A stretch of 64,000 nucleotides of DNA from Escherichia coli (GTDB taxonomy: Bacteria > Pseudomonadota > Gammaproteobacteria > Enterobacterales > Enterobacteriaceae): NCBI RefSeq assembly GCF_003334405.1, contig NZ_QOWM01000006.1, one strand, 5' to 3'. A program made the position numbers and the translations under genes. Each line of letters begins with the position of its first letter. The first letter of the stretch is position 1. Shown in pieces: positions 1 through 11,525 of the stretch. The notes under the pieces were generated by a model. The model had not been told where the DNA came from. It made no database searches and saw only the letters and a list, made by a program, of their open reading frames with translations.

Positions 1-142
1 CGATATCTTCTATGCGTACCAGCCAGCGACCTTGCCGGGCGCGAGCCTGCAAATAGCTGCCGAGCGCGGCGATCAGAGAGCCAAAATGAAGCTCGCCGGA
101 AGGAGAGGGGGCGAAGCGGCCAATATACTGTGTGTCTGTCAT
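1..142 (-). CDS. gluQ: Glutamyl-Q tRNA(Asp) synthetase, N-terminal part only (gene continues beyond window start)
   Basis: Reverse complement of 1..142 translates [47 protein letters not shown] from an ATG at 142..140; class I aaRS-like N-terminus; located downstream of dksA as in E. coli. Confidence 0.85.
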   Translation of the reverse strand, partial: MTDTQYIGRFAPSPSGELHFGSLIAALGSYLQARARQGRWLVRIEDI

Positions 143-151
143 CTCTTTGAA

Positions 152-180
152 CAAAAAATAAGGCGGGAGCATTTCCCGCC
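152..180 (-). terminator. Intrinsic terminator downstream of dksA (stem GGCGGGA/TCCCGCC followed by U-tract on the minus strand)
   Basis: Plus strand AAAAAAT-AAGGCGGGAGCATTTCCCGCC; on the minus strand this is a hairpin followed by TTATTTTTTG. Confidence 0.55.
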
Positions 181-208
181 TGTGGTAAACGTGATGGAAC
201 GGCTGTAA

Positions 209-664
209 TTAGCCAGCCATCTGTTTTTCGCGAATTTCAGCCAGCGTTTTGCAGTCGATGCACAGATCGGCTGTCGGGCGCGCTTCCAGACGGCGAATAC
301 CAATTTCAACACCGCAGGATTCGCAGTAGCCGAAATCTTCGTCTTCCACTTTTTTCAGCGTCTTCTCGATCTTTTTGATCAGCTTACGCTCGCGATCGCG
401 GTTACGCAGTTCGAGGCTGAACTCTTCTTCCTGGGCTGCACGGTCTACCGGGTCCGGGAAGTTGGCTGCTTCATCCTGCATATGTGTAACGGTGCGATCG
501 ACTTCATCCCTGAGTTGATTACGCCATGCTTCCAGAATACGACGGAAGTGCGCCAGCTGGGCTTCATTCATATACTCTTCGCCCGGCTTCTCCTGATATG
601 GTTCCACCCCAGCGATGGCGAGAATACTCAGGGACGATGTTTTACGGTTTTGCCCTTCTTGCAT
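209..664 (-). CDS. dksA: RNA polymerase-binding transcription factor DksA
   Basis: ORF 209..682 (157 aa); internal start [11 protein letters not shown] gives the 151-aa protein; C4 zinc finger CESCG...CIDC visible. Confidence 0.95.
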   Translation of the reverse strand: MQEGQNRKTSSLSILAIAGVEPYQEKPGEEYMNEAQLAHFRRILEAWRNQLRDEVDRTVTHMQDEAANFPDPVDRAAQEEEFSLELRNRDRERKLIKKIEKTLKKVEDEDFGYCESCGVEIGIRRLEARPTADLCIDCKTLAEIREKQMAG

Positions 665-841
665 GTTGCTTCTCCTTAACACGCACTATCGATCCCCATG
701 TTCGGGGGAAAAATGAGGCCGCTATAAATAGCAGATGCTTTTCCGGATAGCAATTATCTAAACGTAACACTTGACAACTGTGTGAGGAAAAGCGTATTTG
801 CGCACGCGACCAGAATGTAAATTAACCAGTTACTTACTTTA

Positions 842-2091
<1,250 letters not shown>

Positions 2092-2164
2092 GTGAGGCAC
2101 TCGGTTATGAATTACCGCGATGCTACAATGTGGCGCGAAGAATGTTAACCCTCTGGAGCGTTTT

Positions 2165-4594
2165 GTGTCGTCGTTGCCCGTTGCTGCCGTCTTACCTGAA
2201 TTACTTACCGCTCTCGATTGTGCGCCGCAGGTATTATTAAGTGCGCCGACCGGGGCCGGGAAATCAACCTGGCTGCCGCTGCAACTGCTGGCGCATCCCG
2301 GCATTAACGGGAAAATTATCCTGCTGGAGCCGCGTCGTCTGGCGGCGCGTAACGTCGCGCAACGGCTGGCGGAGCTGCTTAACGAAAAGCCAGGCGATAC
2401 CGTTGGCTACCGGATGCGTGCGCAAAACTGCGTCGGGCCGAATACCCGCCTGGAAGTGGTTACCGAAGGCGTGCTGACGCGCATGATCCAGCGTGACCCG
2501 GAACTGAGCGGTGTTGGACTGGTGATCCTTGATGAATTTCATGAGCGCAGCTTGCAGGCGGATTTGGCGTTGGCGCTGTTACTCGATGTGCAACAAGGTC
2601 TGCGTGATGACCTTAAACTGCTGATTATGTCGGCTACCCTGGACAACGACCGCTTGCAGCAAATGCTGCCAGAAGCGCCTGTCGTCATCTCAGAAGGGCG
2701 CTCGTTTCCGGTTGAACGCCGTTATTTACCGCTGCCCGCGCATCAGCGTTTTGACGATGCCGTTGCGGTAGCCACCGCTGAAATGCTGCGTCAGGAAAGC
2801 GGATCATTACTGTTATTTTTACCTGGCGTCGGAGAAATTCAGCGTGTGCAGGAACAACTGGCTTCGCGCATCGGCAGTGATGTATTGCTCTGCCCGCTGT
2901 ATGGCGCGTTGTCGCTGAACGATCAGCGAAAAGCGATCCTCCCGGCACCGCAAGGGATGCGCAAAGTGGTGCTGGCGACCAATATTGCTGAAACCAGTTT
3001 AACCATTGAAGGTATTCGTCTGGTGGTGGATTGTGCCCAGGAGCGTGTGGCGCGTTTTGATCCGCGCACGGGGCTTACGCGACTGATTACTCAACGCGTT
3101 AGCCAGGCATCCATGACGCAGCGTGCCGGGCGCGCCGGGCGTCTGGAGCCGGGTATCAGCCTGCATTTAATCGCCAAAGAACAAGCAGAACGCGCCGCGG
3201 CGCAAAGTGAACCGGAGATCTTACAAAGCGATCTTTCCGGTTTGCTGATGGAATTACTGCAATGGGGATGCAGCGATCCGGCGCAGATGAGCTGGCTGGA
3301 TCAACCGCCAGTAGTGAATCTACTGGCCGCGAAACGTCTGTTACAAATGCTGGGGGCACTGGAGGGTGAACGGCTTAGTGCGCAAGGGCAAAAAATGGCA
3401 GCGCTGGGTAACGATCCGCGTTTAGCGGCAATGCTGGTTAGCGCGAAGAACGACGACGAAGCTGCTACCGCGGCAAAAATTGCCGCCATTCTCGAAGAGC
3501 CGCCACGGATGGGCAATAGTGACCTGGGCGTGGCGTTTTCGCGCAATCAACCAGCCTGGCAGCAACGTAGTCAGCAACTGTTAAAACGCTTAAACGTACG
3601 TGGCGGTGAGGCAGACAGTTCGCTTATCGCGCCGCTACTTGCCGGGGCGTTTGCCGATCGCATTGCTCGTCGCCGTGGGCAAGATGGACGCTATCAACTG
3701 GCAAACGGCATGGGAGCGATGCTCGATGCCAACGACGCGCTAAGCCGCCACGAATGGTTGATCGCACCGTTATTATTGCAGGGCAGCGCCTCGCCGGATG
3801 CGCGGATTTTACTGGCGCTGCTGGTCGATATTGATGAGTTAGTACAACGCTGCTCGCAGCTGGTACAGCAGTCTGACACTGTGGAGTGGGATGACGCGCA
3901 AGGTACGCTGAAAGCCTGGCGTCGGCTACAAATCGGTCAGTTGACGGTGAAAGTGCAGCCGCTGGCGAAACCGTCAGAAGACGAGTTGCATCAGGCGATG
4001 CTTAATGGCATCCGTGATAAAGGTTTAAGCGTGCTCAACTGGACGGCGGAAGCGGAACAGCTACGCTTGCGTTTGTTATGCGCCGCAAAGTGGTTGCCGG
4101 AATATGACTGGCCAGCGGTTGATGATGAAAGTTTATTGGCAGCGCTGGAAACGTGGCTGCTGCCACATATGACTGGCGTACATTCACTACGCGGCCTGAA
4201 ATCACTCGACATTTATCAGGCACTACGCGGATTACTTGATTGGGGAATGCAGCAACGTCTGGATAGTGAATTGCCTGCGCATTACACTGTGCCGACGGGA
4301 AGCCGGATCGCCATTCGTTATCATGAAGATAACCCGCCCGCGCTGGCGGTGAGAATGCAAGAGATGTTTGGCGAGGCCACCAATCCGACGATCGCCCAGG
4401 GGCGCGTGCCGCTGGTGCTGGAGTTGCTTTCACCTGCCCAAAGGCCATTACAAATCACACGAGATTTGAGCGCCTTCTGGAAAGGAGCGTACCGTGAGGT
4501 GCAAAAAGAGATGAAAGGGCGTTATCCCAAACATGTCTGGCCGGACGACCCGGCAAATACTGCACCGACGCGACGGACGAAAAAGTATTCGTAA
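2165..4594 (+). CDS. hrpB: ATP-dependent RNA helicase HrpB (DEAH-box)
   Basis: ORF 2120..4594; Walker A APTGAGKST and DEFH box (ILDEFHERS); start placed at in-frame GTG 2165 to give the 809-aa form (start choice uncertain). Confidence 0.88.
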   Translation: MSSLPVAAVLPELLTALDCAPQVLLSAPTGAGKSTWLPLQLLAHPGINGKIILLEPRRLAARNVAQRLAELLNEKPGDTVGYRMRAQNCVGPNTRLEVVTEGVLTRMIQRDPELSGVGLVILDEFHERSLQADLALALLLDVQQGLRDDLKLLIMSATLDNDRLQQMLPEAPVVISEGRSFPVERRYLPLPAHQRFDDAVAVATAEMLRQESGSLLLFLPGVGEIQRVQEQLASRIGSDVLLCPLYGALSLNDQRKAILPAPQGMRKVVLATNIAETSLTIEGIRLVVDCAQERVARFDPRTGLTRLITQRVSQASMTQRAGRAGRLEPGISLHLIAKEQAERAAAQSEPEILQSDLSGLLMELLQWGCSDPAQMSWLDQPPVVNLLAAKRLLQMLGALEGERLSAQGQKMAALGNDPRLAAMLVSAKNDDEAATAAKIAAILEEPPRMGNSDLGVAFSRNQPAWQQRSQQLLKRLNVRGGEADSSLIAPLLAGAFADRIARRRGQDGRYQLANGMGAMLDANDALSRHEWLIAPLLLQGSASPDARILLALLVDIDELVQRCSQLVQQSDTVEWDDAQGTLKAWRRLQIGQLTVKVQPLAKPSEDELHQAMLNGIRDKGLSVLNWTAEAEQLRLRLLCAAKWLPEYDWPAVDDESLLAALETWLLPHMTGVHSLRGLKSLDIYQALRGLLDWGMQQRLDSELPAHYTVPTGSRIAIRYHEDNPPALAVRMQEMFGEATNPTIAQGRVPLVLELLSPAQRPLQITRDLSAFWKGAYREVQKEMKGRYPKHVWPDDPANTAPTRRTKKYS

Positions 4595-4604
4595 GGTTGG
4601 TTTT

Positions 4605-4693
4605 CTCCCTCTCCCTGTGGGAGAGGGCCGGGGTGAGGGCATCAGCGCGCACGTTCACCCTCACCCTAACCCTCTCCCTCAAGGGAGAGGGGA
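4605..4693. repeat. GC-rich compound palindromic repeat: three consecutive hairpins (CCCTCTCCC/GGGAGAGGG; GGGTGAGGG/CCCTCACCC; CCCTCTCCC/GGGAGAGGG)
   Basis: Perfect 9-bp inverted repeats at 4607..4627, 4631..4666 and 4670..4691 in the hrpB-mrcB spacer; resembles enterobacterial intergenic repeat families, exact family not assigned. Confidence 0.6.
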
Positions 4694-4789
4694 CCGATCG
4701 AGCACAAATTTTGAGAGATATCTTCTTCTGTCTTGTAACAGAAGAACAGAAAATCGGGCTTTTGCGCCTGAATATTGCGGAGAAAAAGC

Positions 4790-7324
4790 ATGGCCGGGAA
4801 TGACCGCGAGCCAATTGGACGCAAAGGGAAACCGACGCGTCCGGTCAAACAAAAGGTAAGCCGTCGTCGTTACGAAGATGACGATGATTACGACGATTAT
4901 GATGACTATGAGGATGAAGAACCGATGCCGCGCAAAGGTAAGGGCAAAGGCAAAGGGCGTAAGCCTCGTGGCAAACGCGGCTGGCTATGGCTACTGCTAA
5001 AACTGGCTATCGTTTTTGCCGTGCTGATCGCCATTTACGGCGTTTATCTCGATCAAAAAATTCGTAGCCGTATTGATGGCAAGGTCTGGCAACTGCCTGC
5101 GGCAGTTTATGGCCGAATGGTCAATCTTGAGCCAGACATGACCATCAGCAAGAACGAGATGGTGAAGCTGCTGGAGGCGACCCAGTATCGTCAGGTGTCG
5201 AAAATGACCCGTCCTGGCGAATTTACCGTGCAGGCCAACAGCATTGAGATGATTCGCCGTCCGTTTGATTTCCCGGACAGTAAAGAAGGACAGGTGCGCG
5301 CGCGTCTGACCTTTGATGGCGATCATCTGGCGACGATCGTCAATATGGAGAACAACCGTCAGTTCGGTTTCTTCCGTCTTGATCCGCGTCTGATCACCAT
5401 GATCTCTTCGCCAAACGGTGAGCAGCGTCTGTTTGTGCCGCGCAGTGGTTTCCCGGATTTGCTGGTGGATACTTTGCTGGCGACAGAAGACCGTCATTTT
5501 TACGAGCATGATGGAATCAGTCTCTACTCAATCGGACGTGCGGTGCTGGCAAACCTGACCGCCGGACGCACGGTACAGGGTGCGAGTACGCTGACGCAAC
5601 AGCTGGTGAAAAACCTGTTCCTCTCCAGCGAGCGTTCTTACTGGCGTAAAGCGAACGAAGCTTACATGGCGCTGATCATGGACGCGCGTTACAGCAAAGA
5701 CCGTATTCTTGAGCTGTATATGAACGAGGTGTATCTCGGTCAGAGCGGCGACAACGAAATCCGCGGCTTCCCGCTGGCAAGCTTGTATTACTTTGGTCGC
5801 CCGGTAGAAGAGCTAAGCCTCGACCAGCAGGCGCTGTTAGTCGGTATGGTGAAAGGGGCGTCCATCTACAACCCGTGGCGTAACCCAAAACTGGCGCTGG
5901 AGCGACGTAATCTGGTGCTGCGTCTGCTGCAACAGCAACAGATTATTGATCAAGAACTCTATGACATGTTGAGTGCCCGTCCGCTGGGGGTTCAGCCGCG
6001 CGGTGGGGTGATCTCTCCTCAGCCAGCCTTTATGCAACTGGTGCGTCAGGAGCTGCAGGCAAAACTGGGCGATAAGGTAAAAGATCTCTCCGGCGTGAAG
6101 ATCTTCACTACCTTTGACTCGGTGGCCCAGGACGCGGCAGAAAAAGCCGCCGTGGAAGGCATTCCGGCACTGAAGAAACAGCGTAAGTTGAGCGATCTTG
6201 AAACTGCGATTGTGGTCGTCGACCGCTTTAGTGGTGAAGTTCGTGCGATGGTCGGAGGTTCTGAGCCGCAGTTTGCGGGCTACAACCGTGCGATGCAGGC
6301 GCGTCGTTCGATTGGTTCCCTTGCAAAACCAGCGACTTATCTGACGGCCTTAAGCCAGCCGAAAATCTATCGTCTGAATACGTGGATTGCGGATGCGCCA
6401 ATTGCGCTGCGTCAGCCGAATGGCCAGGTCTGGTCACCGCAGAATGATGACCGTCGTTATAGCGAAAGCGGCAGAGTGATGCTGGTGGATGCGTTGACCC
6501 GTTCGATGAACGTGCCGACGGTAAATCTGGGGATGGCGCTGGGGCTGCCTGCGGTTACGGAGACCTGGATTAAACTGGGCGTACCGAAAGATCAGTTGCA
6601 TCCGGTTCCGGCAATGCTGCTGGGGGCGTTGAACTTAACGCCAATCGAAGTGGCGCAGGCATTCCAGACCATCGCCAGCGGTGGTAACCGTGCACCGCTT
6701 TCTGCGCTGCGTTCGGTAATCGCGGAAGATGGCAAAGTGCTGTATCAGAGCTTCCCGCAGGCGGAACGCGCTGTTCCGGCGCAGGCGGCGTATCTGACAC
6801 TATGGACCATGCAGCAGGTGGTACAACGCGGTACGGGTCGTCAGCTTGGGGCGAAATACCCGAACCTGCATCTGGCAGGGAAAACAGGGACTACCAACAA
6901 TAACGTAGATACCTGGTTTGCGGGCATTGACGGCAGCACGGTGACCATCACCTGGGTCGGCCGTGATAACAACCAGCCGACCAAACTGTATGGTGCCAGC
7001 GGGGCAATGTCGATTTATCAGCGTTATCTGGCTAACCAGACGCCAACGCCGCTGAATCTTGTTCCGCCAGAAGATATTGCAGATATGGGCGTGGACTACG
7101 ACGGCAACTTTGTTTGCAGCGGTGGCATGCGTATCTTGCCGGTCTGGACCAGCGATCCGCAATCGCTGTGCCAGCAGAGCGAGATGCAGCAGCAGCCGTC
7201 AGGCAATCCGTTTGATCAGTCTTCTCAGCCGCAGCAACAGCCGCAACAGCAACCTGCTCAGCAAGAGCAGAAAGACAGCGACGGTGTAGCCGGTTGGATC
7301 AAGGATATGTTTGGTAGTAATTAA
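4790..7324 (+). CDS. mrcB: Penicillin-binding protein 1B (bifunctional glycosyltransferase/transpeptidase)
   Basis: ORF 4775..7324 trimmed to ATG 4790 ([14 protein letters not shown]..., 844 aa); GT51 motif [12 protein letters not shown]; SxxK motif in SIGSLAKP; single TM helix after basic/acidic N-terminus. Confidence 0.94.
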   Translation: MAGNDREPIGRKGKPTRPVKQKVSRRRYEDDDDYDDYDDYEDEEPMPRKGKGKGKGRKPRGKRGWLWLLLKLAIVFAVLIAIYGVYLDQKIRSRIDGKVWQLPAAVYGRMVNLEPDMTISKNEMVKLLEATQYRQVSKMTRPGEFTVQANSIEMIRRPFDFPDSKEGQVRARLTFDGDHLATIVNMENNRQFGFFRLDPRLITMISSPNGEQRLFVPRSGFPDLLVDTLLATEDRHFYEHDGISLYSIGRAVLANLTAGRTVQGASTLTQQLVKNLFLSSERSYWRKANEAYMALIMDARYSKDRILELYMNEVYLGQSGDNEIRGFPLASLYYFGRPVEELSLDQQALLVGMVKGASIYNPWRNPKLALERRNLVLRLLQQQQIIDQELYDMLSARPLGVQPRGGVISPQPAFMQLVRQELQAKLGDKVKDLSGVKIFTTFDSVAQDAAEKAAVEGIPALKKQRKLSDLETAIVVVDRFSGEVRAMVGGSEPQFAGYNRAMQARRSIGSLAKPATYLTALSQPKIYRLNTWIADAPIALRQPNGQVWSPQNDDRRYSESGRVMLVDALTRSMNVPTVNLGMALGLPAVTETWIKLGVPKDQLHPVPAMLLGALNLTPIEVAQAFQTIASGGNRAPLSALRSVIAEDGKVLYQSFPQAERAVPAQAAYLTLWTMQQVVQRGTGRQLGAKYPNLHLAGKTGTTNNNVDTWFAGIDGSTVTITWVGRDNNQPTKLYGASGAMSIYQRYLANQTPTPLNLVPPEDIADMGVDYDGNFVCSGGMRILPVWTSDPQSLCQQSEMQQQPSGNPFDQSSQPQQQPQQQPAQQEQKDSDGVAGWIKDMFGSN

Positions 7325-7340
7325 CATCTAAGCGTGAAAT

Positions 7341-7365
7341 ACCGGATGGCGAGTTGCCATCCGGT
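7341..7365. terminator. Perfect 10-bp stem hairpin just downstream of mrcB (ACCGGATGGC-gagtt-GCCATCCGGT); possible terminator or mRNA-stabilising stem
   Basis: Read from sequence; no strong U-tract follows, so terminator function is uncertain. Confidence 0.35.
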
Positions 7366-7483
7366 AAAATAACATCCCATCTAAGATATTAACCCTTTCT
7401 TTTCATCTGGTTGTTTATTAACCCTTCAGGAACGCTCAGATTGCGTACCGCTTGCGAACCCGCCAGCGTTTCGAATATTATCT

Positions 7484-7523
7484 TATCTTTATAATAATCA
7501 TTCTCGTTTACGTTATCATTCAC
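7484..7523 (+). promoter_or_regulatory. Fur box region of the fhuA promoter (TCTTTATAATAATCATTCTCG plus downstream ACGTTATCATTCAC)
   Basis: Matches the GATAATGATAATCATTATC Fur consensus in 13-14 of 19 positions; located 20-60 bp upstream of the fhuA ATG. Confidence 0.6.
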
Positions 7524-7543
7524 TTTACATCAGAGATATACCA

Positions 7544-9787
7544 ATGGCGCGTTCCAAAACTGCTCAGCCAAAACACTCACTGCGTAAAATCGCAGTTGTA
7601 GTAGCCACAGCGGTTAGCGGCATGTCTGTTTATGCACAGGCAGCGGTTGAACCGAAAGAAGACACTATCACCGTTACCGCTGCACCTGCGCCGCAAGAAA
7701 GCGCATGGGGGCCTGCTGCAACTATTGCGGCGCGACAGTCTGCTACCGGCACTAAAACCGATACGCCGATTCAAAAAGTGCCACAGTCTATTTCTGTTGT
7801 GACCGCCGAAGAGATGGCGCTGCATCAGCCGAAGTCGGTAAAAGAAGCGCTTAGCTACACGCCGGGTGTCTCTGTTGGTACGCGTGGCGCATCCAACACC
7901 TATGACCACCTGATCATTCGCGGCTTTGCGGCAGAAGGCCAAAGCCAGAATAACTATCTGAATGGCCTGAAGTTGCAGGGCAACTTCTATAACGATGCGG
8001 TCATTGACCCGTATATGCTGGAACGCGCTGAAATTATGCGTGGCCCGGTTTCCGTGCTTTACGGTAAAAGCAGTCCTGGCGGCCTGTTGAATATGGTCAG
8101 CAAGCGTCCGACCACCGAACCGCTGAAAGAAGTTCAGTTTAAAGCCGGTACTGACAGCCTGTTCCAGACTGGTTTTGACTTTAGCGATTCGTTGGATGAT
8201 GACGGTGTTTACTCTTATCGCCTGACCGGTCTTGCGCGTTCTGCCAATGCCCAGCAGAAAGGGTCAGAAGAGCAGCGTTATGCTATTGCACCGGCGTTCA
8301 CCTGGCGTCCGGATGATAAAACCAATTTTACCTTCCTTTCTTACTTCCAGAACGAGCCGGAAACCGGTTATTACGGCTGGTTGCCGAAAGAGGGAACCGT
8401 TGAGCCGCTGCCGAACGGTAAGCGTCTGCCGACAGACTTTAATGAAGGGGCGAAGAACAACACCTATTCTCGTAATGAGAAGATGGTCGGCTACAGCTTC
8501 GATCACGAATTTAACGACACCTTTACTGTGCGTCAGAACCTGCGCTTTGCTGAAAACAAAACCTCGCAAAACAGCGTTTATGGTTACGGCGTCTGCTCCG
8601 ATCCGGCGAATGCTTACAGCAAACAGTGTGCGGCATTAGCGCCAGCGGATAAAGGCCATTATCTGGCACGTAAATACGTCGTTGATGATGAGAAGCTGCA
8701 AAACTTCTCCGTTGATACCCAGTTGCAGAGCAAGTTTGCCACTGGCGATATCGACCACACCCTGCTGACCGGTGTCGACTTTATGCGTATGCGTAATGAC
8801 ATCAACGCCTGGTTTGGTTACGACGACTCTGTGCCACTGCTCAATCTGTACAATCCGGTGAATACCGATTTCGACTTCAATGCCAAAGATCCGGCAAACT
8901 CCGGCCCTTACCGCATTCTGAATAAACAGAAACAAACGGGCGTTTATGTTCAGGATCAGGCGCAGTGGGATAAAGTGCTGGTCACCCTAGGCGGTCGTTA
9001 TGACTGGGCAGATCAAGAATCTCTTAACCGCGTTGCCGGGACGACCGATAAACGTGATGACAAACAGTTTACCTGGCGTGGTGGTGTTAACTACCTGTTT
9101 GATAATGGTGTAACACCTTACTTCAGCTATAGCGAATCGTTTGAACCTTCTTCGCAAGTTGGGAAGGATGGTAATATTTTCGCACCGTCTAAAGGTAAGC
9201 AGTATGAAGTCGGCGTGAAATATGTACCGGAAGATCGTCCGATTGTAGTTACTGGTGCCGTGTATAATCTCACTAAAACCAACAACCTGATGGCGGACCC
9301 TGAGGGTTCCTTCTTCTCGGTTGAAGGTGGCGAGATCCGCGCACGTGGCGTAGAAATCGAAGCGAAAGCGGCGCTGTCGGCGAGTGTTAACGTAGTCGGT
9401 TCTTATACTTACACCGATGCGGAATACACCACCGATACTACCTATAAAGGCAATACGCCTGCACAGGTGCCAAAACACATGGCTTCGTTGTGGGCTGACT
9501 ACACCTTCTTTGACGGTCCGCTTTCAGGTCTGACGCTGGGCACCGGTGGTCGTTATACTGGCTCCAGTTATGGTGATCCGGCTAACTCCTTTAAAGTGGG
9601 AAGTTATACGGTCGTGGATGCGTTAGTACGTTATGATCTGGCGCGAGTCGGCATGGCTGGCTCCAACGTGGCGCTGCATGTTAACAACCTGTTCGATCGT
9701 GAATACGTCGCCAGCTGCTTTAACACTTATGGCTGCTTCTGGGGCGCAGAACGTCAGGTCGTTGCAACCGCAACCTTCCGTTTCTAA
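7544..9787 (+). CDS. fhuA: Ferrichrome outer membrane transporter FhuA (TonB-dependent receptor)
   Basis: 747-aa ORF with signal peptide, TonB box DTITVTA, C-terminal aromatic residue (terminal F) typical of beta-barrel OMPs. Confidence 0.97.
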   Translation: MARSKTAQPKHSLRKIAVVVATAVSGMSVYAQAAVEPKEDTITVTAAPAPQESAWGPAATIAARQSATGTKTDTPIQKVPQSISVVTAEEMALHQPKSVKEALSYTPGVSVGTRGASNTYDHLIIRGFAAEGQSQNNYLNGLKLQGNFYNDAVIDPYMLERAEIMRGPVSVLYGKSSPGGLLNMVSKRPTTEPLKEVQFKAGTDSLFQTGFDFSDSLDDDGVYSYRLTGLARSANAQQKGSEEQRYAIAPAFTWRPDDKTNFTFLSYFQNEPETGYYGWLPKEGTVEPLPNGKRLPTDFNEGAKNNTYSRNEKMVGYSFDHEFNDTFTVRQNLRFAENKTSQNSVYGYGVCSDPANAYSKQCAALAPADKGHYLARKYVVDDEKLQNFSVDTQLQSKFATGDIDHTLLTGVDFMRMRNDINAWFGYDDSVPLLNLYNPVNTDFDFNAKDPANSGPYRILNKQKQTGVYVQDQAQWDKVLVTLGGRYDWADQESLNRVAGTTDKRDDKQFTWRGGVNYLFDNGVTPYFSYSESFEPSSQVGKDGNIFAPSKGKQYEVGVKYVPEDRPIVVTGAVYNLTKTNNLMADPEGSFFSVEGGEIRARGVEIEAKAALSASVNVVGSYTYTDAEYTTDTTYKGNTPAQVPKHMASLWADYTFFDGPLSGLTLGTGGRYTGSSYGDPANSFKVGSYTVVDALVRYDLARVGMAGSNVALHVNNLFDREYVASCFNTYGCFWGAERQVVATATFRF

Positions 9788-9797
9788 TTTCTCTTTT

Positions 9798-9818
9798 GGG
9801 GCACGGATTTCCGTGCCC
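9798..9818 (+). other. Hairpin between fhuA stop and fhuC start (GGGCACGG-attt-CCGTGCCC), no U-tract; likely partial terminator or processing/stability element inside the fhuACDB operon
   Basis: Perfect 8-bp inverted repeat read from sequence. Confidence 0.35.
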
Positions 9819-9837
9819 ATTTCACAAGTTGGCTGTT

Positions 9838-10635
9838 ATGCAGGAATACACGAATCATTCCGATACCACTTTTGCACTGCGTAATATCTCCTTTCGTGTG
9901 CCCGGGCGCACGCTTTTGCATCCGCTGTCGTTAACCTTTCCTGCCGGGAAAGTGACCGGTCTGATTGGTCACAACGGTTCTGGTAAATCCACTCTGCTCA
10001 AAATGCTTGGCCGTCATCAGCCGCCGTCGGAAGGGGAGATTCTTCTTGATGCCCAACCGCTGGAAAGCTGGAGCAGCAAAGCGTTTGCCCGCAAAGTGGC
10101 TTATTTGCCGCAGCAGCTTCCTCCGGCAGAAGGGATGACCGTGCGTGAACTGGTGGCGATTGGTCGTTACCCGTGGCATGGCGCGCTGGGGCGCTTTGGG
10201 GCGGCAGATCGCGAAAAAGTCGAGGAAGCTATCTCGCTGGTTGGCTTAAAACCGCTGGCGCATCGGCTGGTCGATAGTCTCTCTGGCGGCGAACGTCAGC
10301 GGGCGTGGATCGCCATGCTGGTGGCGCAGGATAGCCGTTGTCTGTTGCTCGACGAACCGACCTCGGCGCTGGATATCGCCCACCAGGTTGATGTGCTGTC
10401 GCTGGTGCACCGTTTAAGTCAGGAGCGTGGCCTGACGGTCATTGCCGTGTTGCACGATATCAATATGGCGGCACGCTACTGTGATTATCTGGTCGCCCTG
10501 CGCGGCGGTGAAATGATTGCTCAGGGAACGCCTGCGGAAATTATGCGCGGCGAAACCCTCGAAATGATTTATGGCATCCCGATGGGTATTTTGCCGCATC
10601 CGGCGGGTGCTGCACCTGTGAGTTTTGTTTATTGA
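9838..10635 (+). CDS. fhuC: Ferric hydroxamate ABC transporter ATP-binding protein FhuC
   Basis: ORF 9796..10635 trimmed to ATG 9838 (MQEYTNHSDTT..., 265 aa); Walker A GHNGSGKST, ABC signature LSGGERQR. Confidence 0.95.
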   Translation: MQEYTNHSDTTFALRNISFRVPGRTLLHPLSLTFPAGKVTGLIGHNGSGKSTLLKMLGRHQPPSEGEILLDAQPLESWSSKAFARKVAYLPQQLPPAEGMTVRELVAIGRYPWHGALGRFGAADREKVEEAISLVGLKPLAHRLVDSLSGGERQRAWIAMLVAQDSRCLLLDEPTSALDIAHQVDVLSLVHRLSQERGLTVIAVLHDINMAARYCDYLVALRGGEMIAQGTPAEIMRGETLEMIYGIPMGILPHPAGAAPVSFVY

Positions 10636-11525
10636 TGAGCGGCTTACCTCTTATTTCGCGCCGTCGACTGTTAACGGCGATGGCGCTTTCTCCGTTGTTA
10701 TGGCAGATGAATACCGCCCACGCGGCGGCTATTGATCCCAATCGTATTGTGGCGCTGGAGTGGTTGCCGGTGGAATTACTGCTGGCGCTCGGCATCGTGC
10801 CTTACGGCGTGGCGGATACCATCAACTATCGCCTGTGGGTCAGCGAACCACCATTGCCGGACTCAGTGATCGACGTCGGTTTGCGCACAGAACCTAACCT
10901 TGAACTGCTGACCGAAATGAAACCATCGTTTATGGTCTGGTCGGCAGGATATGGCCCTTCACCAGAAATGCTGGCTCGTATTGCGCCGGGTCGCGGATTT
11001 AACTTCAGTGACGGCAAACAGCCGTTGGCGATGGCGCGTAAATCGCTGACGGAAATGGCAGATTTACTTAACCTGCAAAGCGCAGCGGAAACGCATTTAG
11101 CGCAATATGAAGACTTTATCCGCAGCATGAAACCCCGCTTTGTGAAGCGTGGTGCGCGTCCGTTATTGCTGACGACGCTTATCGATCCGCGCCATATGCT
11201 GGTCTTCGGTCCAAACAGCTTGTTCCAGGAAATTCTTGATGAGTACGGCATCCCAAATGCCTGGCAAGGGGAAACCAACTTCTGGGGCAGTACCGCCGTC
11301 AGTATCGATCGTCTGGCGGCGTATAAAGACGTTGATGTGCTCTGTTTTGATCACGACAACAGCAAAGACATGGATGCGCTAATGGCAACGCCGCTGTGGC
11401 AGGCCATGCCGTTTGTCCGCGCCGGACGCTTTCAGCGCGTACCTGCAGTCTGGTTTTATGGTGCGACGCTCTCGGCAATGCACTTTGTGCGCGTTCTGGA
11501 TAACGCCATCGGAGGTAAAGCGTGA
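10635..11525 (+). CDS. fhuD: Ferric hydroxamate periplasmic binding protein FhuD
   Basis: ORF 10632..11525; start at second ATG (MSGLPLISRRRLL..., 296 aa) abutting the fhuC stop; RRR-containing signal peptide. Confidence 0.92.
   Translation: MSGLPLISRRRLLTAMALSPLLWQMNTAHAAAIDPNRIVALEWLPVELLLALGIVPYGVADTINYRLWVSEPPLPDSVIDVGLRTEPNLELLTEMKPSFMVWSAGYGPSPEMLARIAPGRGFNFSDGKQPLAMARKSLTEMADLLNLQSAAETHLAQYEDFIRSMKPRFVKRGARPLLLTTLIDPRHMLVFGPNSLFQEILDEYGIPNAWQGETNFWGSTAVSIDRLAAYKDVDVLCFDHDNSKDMDALMATPLWQAMPFVRAGRFQRVPAVWFYGATLSAMHFVRVLDNAIGGKA

Noticed and set aside
2120-2164. N-terminal extensions in the ORF track (hrpB, mrcB, fhuC, erpA, btuF, cdaR, rpsB, rseP, fabZ, yaeR, rof, yaeP, yaeF, proS, thpR, dksA)
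   Set aside because: The longest-ORF starts extend into upstream intergenic or neighbouring-gene sequence. Internal starts reproduce the known protein lengths and N-termini, so the extensions were trimmed (coordinates given per feature).
4605-4693. Possible CRISPR array (repeated palindromic units)
   Set aside because: There are only two copies of one arm pair, with no regular repeat-spacer periodicity and no cas genes nearby; it is a palindromic intergenic repeat.
4455-4859. Overlapping ORFs (119 aa minus strand, 108 aa plus strand) across the hrpB-mrcB spacer
   Set aside because: They are translations through the GC-rich triple-hairpin repeat, with low-complexity products (RERVRVRVNV..., GEGRGEGIS...), and they overlap the real hrpB 3' end and mrcB 5' end.
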